Positions 25,001 through 37,000 of a stretch of 64,000 nucleotides of DNA are shown one piece after another. A program made the position numbers and the translations under genes. The notes beneath the pieces were generated by a model. The model was not told where the DNA came from. It saw nothing but the letters and a program-made list of their open reading frames with translations, and ran no database searches. Where the stretch lies: assembly GCA_030698625.1 (NCBI GenBank), contig JAUYMS010000003.1, forward strand, positions 83,471 to 147,470, given 5' to 3'. Origin of the DNA: Candidatus Omnitrophota bacterium (GTDB taxonomy: Bacteria; Omnitrophota; Omnitrophia; Omnitrophales; Aquincolibacteriaceae). Positions within the stretch are counted from its first letter, which is position 1. Each line of letters begins with the position of its first letter.

Positions 25001-28000
25001 TTATCCCAAATACCATGGTGATGCCAGCCTCGTTGCCGACGATATTGCCAGAAGTATTCTTCGCGGCGTGGCCCAGTGGCATGCTCTGAACTATTTAGGA
25101 AAAGGCCCGGGAGAGGGATCCGGCACGGACCTTCACACCGGCAATTGGGAACTCCTCACGCCGCCGTTAAACGGAGACCCCGAGCAGGGTATCTCAGTCC
25201 GCAATATCATCGATCTTGCTTCCCTGCATCAATATGTAGAGGACCGGGCGGCGTTTGATGGGCAGCGCATGTGGGATCTCAAAACGGTCATTGATGCCAG
25301 AGATGTCCTGACGGGCCCCGGAGTCACCTTCAGTCTTTTGGCGCTGCACCTCAAGGAGAACGAACACGATTTTCTCGAAGACCCTCACGACCTCTTCGAA
25401 AAGTACACCGCGATCTATTCGGAGGAGTATGAAGCGGTCAAGCAGATAGCCAAGCGGCCGCCGCCGATGAGTTACAGGGAAATCTATACGACAATCCTCG
25501 GAGAGACGCATGAAGCACCCCTGATCATTACGGGGCTTACGGGCGCGGGAAAAACGATCTTGGCAGAAAACTATGAGAAGTATCTGCGGGAAGGGGAGGT
25601 GGAGGTGCCGGCCCACCTCGTGCATAGTGATGGTTTCTTACGGTACTCGGTAATGGCCCTGCTCATTCGCTTGCTGATCACGCTCGGCTGGATCAAAGTT
25701 GATGCGCTTACGAAGGAAGGCTTCATTCAGCGGCATTACTTCGATTTGGAGAAACGCGACCGATTCGTCGATGAAGTCAAAGCCGGAAAGTACGAAGGCA
25801 AGCAGCTCGTAATCGAAGGCATCTTCTCAGACATCCTTTTTGCGCAGGCCTTAAATGCAAAGACGCTTCTTATAGAAGCGAACAGCGCATCGGTCTATGA
25901 GGAGCGGTACGTCGACCGGTCCATGAAAGACAAAAAACGCCTCAAGCTGCCGGCCCAATTCCTGGCGCGTACGCTGATTTCAAATCGCTTAAATCAACAG
26001 CTCCTTGATTCAAGGGAGAATCATGACCTTGTCTTGAACCTTGATGACATCTTTAAGCCGAAGCTGACCGTCAACCGGCCTCCTAAAAAAGCAGAATTAC
26101 GCCGCTCGGGACTTCTTAAAGTCATAGTCGACGCTCTGACTGCCCCGGCGGGAATTCGCGAGCGTCTTACCGCCGACGGGGTGAAGTTCGGCAGCGTGCC
26201 GGAACCCTACGTATCGACATTCGACCTTGAAGGCCTGCCCTGGGTTTTTACGCAATACCGGAATGAGGACAAGGATTCTCCGTTGCTATCGCTTGATGAA
26301 CTCAAGGAACAGGCTTTGACATTGACCGGCACGCTGGAGGTGAAGTTCGACGGCGGTGCGAGAAACGCCGGGGTCTTTCTCGGCTATGTCCAAGAAGTCC
26401 CGCATCCAGTTGTTATCAAATACTTCCAGGCAGGCGTCAGCGATATGGATGCTTATGATCGGGCACTTGAACTTTATATGGCGCAAATAGTCGCGTTCAG
26501 CGGGGTCGGGCCTGAATTTTACGGGGTGCTCGTCGAGGACGGGGAGATTGTCGGGTACGCCATGCAGGCGGCCCCGGGTGCGTTCGCGACCCAGACAAGC
26601 GACCTGCTTTACCTCATGCGCTATCTGTATCAATCGGGTGACGCCGACAACAAGGCCGTGCAGCAGAACGTGATGCGAATCGAAGAGACGATGGCCCGCT
26701 ACGCCATGGTTCCCGTAGACGGGCATTTGAATGTTCTCCTTTCCCGGACCGGGCACATATCTTTGATTGATGCGGGCAATGTCCGGCCGGCTTCCGAACT
26801 TGCGGAATTTCGCATGCCCTCGTGGATGAGTTCCGAAGAAAAAGTCAAGCAGCTGTTCCAACTTATGCAGGCCTACCTGCAAAAACGACGGCCGCTAATA
26901 ACCCGTCGCGGCGCTATTCATACGTTGCTTGATCATACCCAAGCGGAGCACGCAGCACCTCTTGTATCGGTAACAACACGGGAGATGATGAAAGATGGTT
27001 TGCACGAAAGCCTGGTTAAGTACGTAAGGCAGGGAGGGCATCTGGTATTGACGACTCCAGCCTTCAAAGAAGAGGCCTTCCTGAGCGCGATCGACGGCAT
27101 CCACCGAAATTTTGCGGAGACCGGCGAAATCGAATTGCTGGGCCGCATCCACTTCATCGCAAGCGACAATAATCTTAAAGACATTTTTGTCTACGAATCC
27201 GATGCGGGCGGGTACCGGTTGTTGCCGGACGATCCGATGGAACCGGATCCCCTGCTCAAACTCGTTCGCTATCTGAACACGGCAGGCCGCAAGGTGCTGC
27301 CCTTGATGTCCTATGACTATGAGTCTGCCAGCGTACCCCGTCGTGCCTATTTCGATACTGCCCATCGCGTGTTTTCGCAAACCCCACATGCCGGCAAATA
27401 CGTTGCGATATGGGATATCGAAGAAATCACCGAGCGGCTTGCCGAACGCGCCCCCGAAGAACTCGAAAAGGGCAGGAAGGAACTACCGGCTCAGCAGGAC
27501 TTTATGGAATGGACATTCGAAAGCACCCCGTTCGAGGTGCCTGCCGGAAATCAGGTGAAGGTGATCGTCGGGGAAAAAGGACGGGGCGCACCGGGTTTCG
27601 TTTGGGCCGGTGTCAACGATTGGGAAAAGACCTATCTGATTCCGTTGGTTCAAAACCCGGCGACCGGCAGACACGAAGCCGTGCTCCCGGCCGGCACGAC
27701 CGCATTCACGTTCTATTGGCGCGATTCCCCGAAGGCCGCCGGCGAGCGATGGGAAGGCCGCGATTTTCATGTGCGCTCTGCTGAGCGCTCGGAACTACGG
27801 GCAGCCGCGGTCAATATCACGGAAACCGTATTGCCGAATGCGGGGCTCAAAGGAATGGCGTCACAGGATGCAAAGGTGCTGATCGCCGAACTGGACGGCG
27901 ATTTCCTACTGGAAAGTAAGACCTGGCCCGAAAGGAATGCGCGCACGTTTACCGCCGCCGAACGGAAGATCTTCGAAACGGGTGAGGGGCTGACGCCGTT

Positions 28001-31000
28001 TTCGGAATTCGACCTCACGCACGACGACGTTGCTTCGGTTACGCACAGCATCTATGACCGCACGAGCGGTATTATCGGCATACGGGCGGCCGTCGAGGAC
28101 AAAGCGGGAACGGTCCGCTATATCCGGTTTTCGGGCGCAGGCACGAACGAAATGGAGAAATTGAAAACTCTCATGCCACCCATTTCTGAGATGACCGCAG
28201 AGGGGACGGTCCTGCGCGTTTCGGCCGGTAATCAGGGTGACCTGGCCGGGAATTTTACCGTGCACTCACGCAAAGAACGGGGCTGGGAGTTTTTCGGGGC
28301 CAATGACGAGCCTTGGCGGGGAGCGAGATATAAGGCTTTTGTCCAATTGGAAAATGGGAAAAGGATGTTGGGCGAGGTCGAGCTTGTCGGCGAAGCTAAG
28401 GACAACCGCATTAAACAGGTCTTTATCACGCCTGTCGGCGGACGTGAACGAGTCGAGCTCGATGCGATGCAAACGCGGTCGGTCATTGTTGCCTATACGC
28501 TGGGTTGGGGCGAAACGCCGGCGGACGAGTTACTGAGGAAAAATTACGCCATGAGTTCCGATATCCGGCACCTGCTGGCCTTTCCCTTCTTCCGAGGCGG
28601 TCCGCAATTTTACAATCAGACGGTTTTGACCCGCGAGCGCTATAAAGCCGCGATGAACTTCCGGCCGTTGGATTTTGATATTGTCGACATGACCGGTAAC
28701 GCCATTCCCGTCGCAGAGCTTCTCGGCCAACTTGATAAATACGGTTATGTTGCTAAGGATACCGCTGACGAAGTCGTGAAACCGGGCGATTATTTTATTG
28801 CGGACGAAAACAACATTCGTCTTATTTTTCATCCTGCGGTTTATCCCGTCAACATTCTTGTGACGAGTCAGGACGGCGAAAAGGCGGCTTTCGTCAGCAT
28901 CCAGGGTGTTTCCGGAAATCTTGGCGCGAACTATTGGAATGTCTTTGAGTGGATTCAGGAACAGCTGCCCTGGGCCTTTGCCGCCTTTGCCCTCGACAAC
29001 GGCAAGGACCCGTCATGGCAAAGCTACAATGAGGACGGAACCGAAGCGGAGCTGCTTGTTACAGGCCGCGACCTCGTCAATGCGACCGTGCTTGTCACAA
29101 AACGTGACGGTTTTCAACGGTCAGAGTTAAGGCTCCCGGCACGGACCGCTGAGGAAATGATGACGCGCCGGGAATTTATCCCGCGGGCGGCGTTGGCGGT
29201 TGCTGCCGGTCTCGTTGTTCTTTATGAATCGCCCAATATTGTTCTTGCCGCCGACGAAGAGAAGGGAGAAGTGACACTCTTTCTCCTGAGTCACGGCACG
29301 GTTGAGGACTTCGAGACAGTAAAACCGCATGTGGAAGCGGTCATCAAGCGGCTGCTCGATGCGGGTAAGACCGTGCATTATTTTGTTGAAGCCGCCGATC
29401 TCGAAGCGGAATTATCACTGACATCCCTCATTTACGCGGCGCTTGCGCCCGATCAGTCCGCCGACTTGCGCGAGGTCTTTGGCAACCTCTATACGGAGCC
29501 GCTCCCCGAGGCCTTTCTCGAAACCTCTTTTGAGCAAGATCAGCTATTTGTGCCGCTCCTTCAGGGGGTCGAGCGAGGACTTCAATATATGAAGGATCAC
29601 AACGAGATTCCTGCCGACCGTATTGCCGATTACGAGCTGGTCCTCAAGCTTCTGCCTGTCTTGCGGAAGATCAAGGAGAAGTTCCGGGGAATCGTGCGCG
29701 GCACGGCATCGCCGGACTCCGACGACGTCACTCGCGAAGTCGCGATCGAGAGGCTTACGAAACTGTTTGATGAATTTTATGATGCGACCGACCATTCTTA
29801 TGAGCCGGATGGGTTAGCGAAGGCTCCGTTCGCGCATCGATTGCACTATGCCCTTAACCGGGATAAAGACGGAAAGCCCTGGGGATTCTGGGGCGCGCAG
29901 GAGATGTACCTTAGAGAAGGCACGTTTGCCCCGGAACTGGGAACACGACTGCTTGTTCACAGGGAACGCCTGCTTACGCCCGGCCAGCTTGATGCGTATA
30001 CGACAGCGTCGGTGCAATACTCGAAACTATTTGAAGCGCTCGGATTTCCGGGAAATCCCAAATCAGTTATCGAGATCGAAGGAAAATTTCCGGAAGCGGT
30101 TTTCTATGCGACGCAGGGTACCGCGGAGGAGAGATTGGCCCTCGTGCGCAAAGCCTACTACGAGGCCGGCGCCCGATTTGAGAGTGCCGTCATGGGTGGC
30201 CGCGACAGAGCGCTATCGCAAGAGGCGGTCCGTTTAACACCGGAGGACAAAGACGCATCGGTGATTACCCGCGGTTTGGCTCACGTGGCGGCGGGAAGGC
30301 TTCTGGCGGATAATGCCGCGACGGATGTCAGGGACATGAAGCAGATTCAGGGAAGGGCGCAGCCGGCAGTTGACGCGCCCAATACCGAAGCGGAGCTCAG
30401 AGAAATGCGCGGCGGCAATCCGGGCGACGCCATAAAATTAAAGGTTGGGCAGCATATGGTGGTCGGTTTGATCTCCGATCTCGTTCGCGAAGTCCACAAG
30501 GATCATTTGAAGGCGTATCGAGAGCGCTACGAGAACCTCGCGGCCGGAATCCCCGATACCCTTCAAGGTGAGGACCGGGAAAAGGAAATTGAAAAACAGA
30601 TGAATCAGGCCCCTTACTTCCGCGCCATGGATCCTGCACCGCTTCCGAAACGGCTTGAGAGGTTTTTTGTCGAAGACAGACGCAGTATCTGGAACGCAAT
30701 GGCGGACCACCCGGAACAAGTTGAGGAATTCCTGCTTCAGGCCTTTAGGATTCATGCGGCATACCAGCGGGTCGTTGCTGCAACGCTCCGGAAGAAAAAA
30801 GAGACGGAGCCGGAGGAGGATCCTGTGGAAATGGCGGGGAGAATCTATGCGACTTATCTGGCGATGCTGAAGCTGCGGTCTGCCTCGATCCCCACGCCGC
30901 TTGAAGCCGAAGAGCTGCCGTTCAAGTTGATCACAAAGGCCGTTGCCGACGGAGTGTATGAAGGGGATGTGAAGACTTTCCTCGATACCTTCGAAGCAGA

Positions 31001-34000
31001 AGCCGAAAAAGTCATGGATTTCAAACCTTCGCTCCTGCGCCGCGAACGCTATCGCTCCGAGCTGCGGGATGATGAGCCTGTAAAGGAGATTCCTCTTTAT
31101 ATGGCTTATGCGCGGCATTTAAACGCGGCGGACACCTTTGATTTCGCAAAGCCGTTTTTTGATGAGGCAATTCAGAAAACATCTCGCAAAGACGGCCGCC
31201 CGAACGGCATTATGATTATCGAGCATGTGGATTCCAATCTTGCTGCTATGTTCATGAACGCGATGCACCGAGTCGTTGATCCGGTGCAGTTTCCGGACTC
31301 GGTCGTGGGCGCTTGGTTCAGACAACAACTTACTATTCCCAAACAATGGACACCTTATGAAAAGATGGAATCGTTTCTCGTGCAGTACCGGCAAGATCAG
31401 CCGTTCAGGACTGAAGTGGACAACCAGTATCAGGCCTTTCTCAAACATATTGGCGTCGAGAGAATCTATGGCATCTATGACCTAAAGCAAAGGATCGGGC
31501 CGGCCTCTGTTTTACAGCATGCGGAGCTCGACTATTTTATCGAAAAGGGGATAGGTCAGGCCGCGTTGGAGCCCGCCCGCTTTGAAACGGCCGCGACGGC
31601 GTATCTTTTCGGGGAATTGGATAAGGAGATAAGGCAAGCGCTTACGCAAAGGAGATATGACGATGCGGCCAACTTGCATTTAAAGTCGATTGATTTGCTT
31701 GAGGACTCGGGCAAAGTCCGCGACAGGATAATGAATCAATTCGTAGGTGAGCTCATCCGGGAAGATCCTGAGCGTGCCATCTATCACTTTCGCGGTTTTA
31801 ATCATGAGAGAAATCACGATCTCCTTACGGGTGACGGGCAAAAGGCCGCAGGTGTCTTGGTCGGCAGCAGGCTGGGCCAGAGGCCTGTCTTTTCGACAAC
31901 CACCTTTCAAGCCATGGACGGCGCAGAAAAAAACCTTCTCCTCATACATTTTATGAATGAGGTCCTGGATCATTTACTTCATGAAGAGAAACTCAGCTCG
32001 CATCGCAGCATCCAGGAATTCCTGGCTTTTCACCTGAGTCTGACACAGGGGCTTGAGCGGGAATTTAAAAGCCTGGAACAACCTGAAGACTACGATGCTT
32101 GGTTTAGGGAAATCTTTGATGCCGCAAACGAAACAGTACAAAGGAAGAGCCTGTCCCTGGGTCTCGCGCTGCTTGAAGTTTTGGAAGAAAGAAATATCCT
32201 GTCTCGTTCCGAGCTCAGGACCGAAGGCGGCGATAAAGAAAAGCCTCGCGGGCAAATTACGCGAAGGACGTTTTTGGATTGGATGGTGAAAGCCGCCAAT
32301 GCGGCCGCGGCGGCATCGGGGGTTTCGCCCGGGGCATTGCTCGAGGCCGCCGTCTCCATCCCCGCCGAGAAACCAGACTTGTCGCTGGCGGCGTTGGCCC
32401 GGCGATTTGCCCATAATCCCGATTCCCTGAAGGAACTCGAACAGGGTGTTGCTTGGCTTCAGGCATTCACTATCCTATACGGAACTGACAAGAAAGAGGA
32501 AGACTATGAGCTGGGCTTGATAAACCTGAAGCTCGCCGTACTGGACGGCGTGCGCACACGCAAAGAAAGTGAAGGCGTGACCGCGCTTTCCGAAGAGGAA
32601 GCCGCTTCACGGCTTGAGACGGCCCTGAATTCGCTGGAATCCATTGCCCAGTCCGAGGGCCTGAAAAAGGCCCCGCATCTCTTGGAGCGTCTGCGGAGCC
32701 TGATGGCCGAACCGTTCAGCTTCAAAGCTGCGCTGTCTGCACGAACGGCTCTGATACGGCACGCCTGGGGCACCGTACTTGGACCCCGCAGCGAGCTGTC
32801 GAGGGTCGCCAAAGACGTTGCCGAATGGTATGGCCGCGATCTCCGGGCCGCGCAAGCCGTAATGGCGGAGATCGCCGAACAGCTCACGCCGGAAGGATTC
32901 CGAAAAATACGGCAGCGGGAATTGATCTTCGAAAGGAATATGGACAACTACTTTGATCGTTCACTCCTCCCTGAGATTGCGCGCGGCGAGGCCGAGATCG
33001 ATTGGAGCAACCTTTTGGAAGACGACTACCGCGCTCGCATGTCGCGGTTTAAGGATCTGGCCGGTCAGTTGCCGGCAGCGGTGCGCAAGCAGGTGTTTGC
33101 CAATCCTAAAGTGCGGGAGGCTGAACGCAGTTACCGGCAATGGCAGCGCGAAAGCTGGAAACGAAAGGAGGAGCGGGAAACCTCCGCCGATCCCGAATCG
33201 CTCAAGATGATCATCGTCGGCGGCAGGTTCGACGACGAAGGCGGCAGGCCGTCATCATTAGTCAATCAGATTCATGCCGCACTGCCCGCGGGCACGAAGC
33301 GCGTCAACGGCGGCCGCTTTGACGCAATTCCGGGCCTCGCAAAGACCCTCGCCGATTATGACGTGATCATCTGGTTTCCCGATATTCCCAATGACAAGGC
33401 GAAATACCGGAATCTGAAAGCGCGGTATCCCGACAAATTGCTGGTGACCTCGAAGCGCAACCACGAAGGCAGTTATAGCGACCTCGAAGTCGTCGATCAC
33501 GCGCTCAAACTCAAAAGCAATCTCGTCATCGAATTTTCGGATACGATTCCGTTTAATATGAGGCTGCTGGATCCCTTGGGAAATGTCTACGAAGATACTC
33601 AGGACGCGTCATCGCTCGCCAAGTCGATGACAAGGCGCCTCAAGGTGATCGCGAAGGTGCGTCGGCAGGGGACAAAACGCGTCGCGGTCGCCTCACCGGT
33701 CAAGGTACCGGATGAGCCCGAGTTTTTCGATATTATCCGCGATCAAGCCGCGCGATTTCACGAGATCATGAGTGAACGTCGGCCGGAGACGGAAGAAAAC
33801 GAGGAGTTTTGCTTCCGTTGCGAAAGGGGATTCCCGAGTATGCGCGAGGGCGATTTCGCGTTCGTCTCGAAGCGGGGTGCCGCAAACACGGAGCGGCATT
33901 TTACGCGCAAAGATATGGTTCCCGTGGATTTGGCGAGTTTCCGCGAGACGGGCGAAATTAATTTCTACGGCCCCAACAAACCGGCGGTGGATACGCCGGT

Positions 34001-37000
34001 CCAGGTAAGACTCTATAATCAATATCCGGAAGTAAAATATATCATGCATTCGCATGAGTACGTGGAAGGCGCGCCGTTTACCGATGAAGTGTATGCCAGT
34101 GAGGCGCTTCAGGAATTTGACGAGATCGTGAAGGTGGTCGGAAAGGAGCCGGGCGTTAAGAATGTTGCCGTCAATCTGAAAGGGCATGGCAGTGTCGTGC
34201 TTGCCGCCGATCCGGAATATTTGCGCAATACCAAATATGTCTCCCGGACTTTTATCAGCGAGAGGACGGAAATGAACGCTATCCTCGTAGGCGGCCGATT
34301 TGACGGCGAGGGCGGGACGCCGTCGGCACTCATCCAAGAACTTCACGGGGCGTTCCCGCCGGGCGTGACGCTGCACAATGGCGGATCTATCGAAGAGTTG
34401 ACTGCGCTATTCAGCGGGTTGAGCGAGTATGAGGTCATTATGTGGTTCCCCGAGATTCCGCGGGGAGAAGATACCCTTACGTCGAAGATTAAGCTGGTCT
34501 ATCCCTTCAAGAAGCTCATCACGGCGGCCCACAACCGAAGCGGCGACCGCCCGTTCCAGGTGATAATGGACAAGGCGCTCGGCGTGCGGAGCAATTTGGT
34601 TGTCGAATTTTACGACGGCGAGAAGCCGGGCATGCGGCTCTTGGACCCATTATCCAACCAATACGGTGATACTACAGACCCGGCGCTATTTGCCGCTGCC
34701 ATCAGGGAGCGGCTTGAGATCATGAGGAAGTTTACGCGCCAAAGAACGGTTTTGGCGGGTGAAGCCAAAGTGCCGCCGAGGAATGCAGAATTTGAAGAAT
34801 ACCTCGGAATCATCCAGGCGTACGGCGAGAAAGTGCATGAGTTGATTCATCCGGCCGAAGGTGTCAAACGGTTCCTCGGCAATACCTCATTCCGCGCTTC
34901 CTATATGTATCCCGACGCTGGCTACGACGACCTGGTCTACATCTCAAGACGGAACGTCGATAAGCGCAATCTCGATGAAACCGGCTTTATCGCAATCGAG
35001 AAAGACTCGTTTAAAAATAGGCAGATCGGCTACTATGCGGACCGGGATCCCATCACGGGCGAAGAGCAGAAACCGAGCGTAGATACCCCGACCCAGGTGC
35101 GGTTCTTTTCGAAACTGCCGAACGTGAATTTTATCCTGCATTCCCATGTGTATATCGACGGCGCACCGTTTACTGAAGCCCTGTGCCCGTGCGGTTCGCT
35201 CGAAGAAGTCGAAGATGTTCTAAAACTCATCGGTCATGACTACAGCAGGACGAATTTCGCGATCAACCTGCGCGGGCACGGCAGCCTTCTCTTCGCACAA
35301 AGTCTTGATTATCTAAAGGAAGATCACCCGTACACGGCCCGCCCGCTTCCCGAGCTTCTCAATACCGACGGATCCAAGGCGAGAGCCGCTGACTACTTGA
35401 AGAGCCCGTATATTCGCGAAGCCCGTATCGTCGGTGACGGAGAAACCGTTACGGCCGAAATCTTGCCGAACTTCGAAACCCTCGAAGCCTTTGCCCGGGA
35501 GGAAGGGCTCTACACACTGCGTGAAGTCGATCTTCGGAACGATCCCGCAGTTTATCAACTCTTTATGGATATCGCCGGCGGTGTCAACCGGCTGCTCGAT
35601 GAGTCCGAGCATATCCGTAACATTGTCCTTTTAAGTTCTCCGCCGGGCGCGGACAGGCAGCAAATGATCGATACCGCGATAGCCGAAACCGCTCTGGAGG
35701 AGACAACGTCGGCGTACTTCGAGAGCGAAGAATTCGCCCGGGAGATTCTCGCCGTGCCGGGCCGCGAATTGCCGGAAGCCTATGTCAACGTACTGCGCCG
35801 CGATTTTCGTGCCGGCCGGTCGGGGCATTATAAGCGGCTTTTAGGTTTTACGGGTTCCGGCGAAGCCATGTTCGAAAGCATGGAAGAGTATTTCAATAGT
35901 GATGCGGCGGTTAAGATCTATAAAGTTCTGTTTAAAGGGCGCGTGGCGGGCAGAATTGTCGTCAACGAGAGGACTAAGACACTCATTGATGCGATCGTTC
36001 TCGAGCCCTACCGCGGAAACTATCTCGGCGATGCCGTGATCGGGCTGCTCGATCAAAAATACGGCGAATACTCGATCGTGATCCCGACCGGTGTTCCTAT
36101 CTATAATTTTCTCATCAAGCGGGGCTTCAAGGTCCTGCACTCGGAGTCGTTCGGCGCCATTGACCTCGATATCATCAGCCGTACTTCGCATAGCGAAGAG
36201 GATTTGGCGCCGGTAAAGGATGTACACCGTACGATATTCGCGCTTTATGCAAATGCCAAGATGGCTGATTTATCGGCTGCGGCGAAAGACCCGAAAGAGA
36301 GCGGCCTTTACAGGAATTTTCCCGAAGTCTACGATCTGCTCTATCAAAGGTTTTCCAGGCGTTTAGGGGATTACCTGGGCCTTGTTAAGGAGAATACTCC
36401 GGATGGCGGTGCCATCATGGACGCCGCTGCGGGAACGGGCGAGGTATCGGTGCCGCTGCTTCAGGCCGGCTACCGGGTCCTTTCAGCAGACCTTAATGCC
36501 GGAATGCTCGAACAGTTGCAGAAAAAGGCAGGCGAGGGCAGCGTTACGGCAAATACGGCCGTCGCAAGCTTCCATGAATTAGGCGATAGGGAGGACCAAT
36601 TTGATACGGTCAGTGTAAGGCAGGCAATCAATTATCTGGTTGGTGAAAAAGAATTGGTCAGCGGCTTAAAGGCGTTACGCAAGCGGATAAGAAACGGCGG
36701 TAAATTCGTGTTCAACGCGCCGAATTACAATCCCGCGACTTTTACGCCGCCCGAGAGAGGGCCGGATCATATCAAACTGGGAACGATGAATGCGATTGTG
36801 TGGGAGAGCAATGCCATCGATGAAAACGGCATACTAACGCACCATCAGCGCGCTCTCGTGTGGGACGACAACGGCCGTGACGATGTCCGTTACTATCATG
36901 ATAAGAATACGTTTCAGATGTATACGAAGGACGAACTCGACTCCGCTTTGAAAGACGCGGGTTTCTCCGAGATCTCGTATTACTCCGAGCACGGCAAGGC

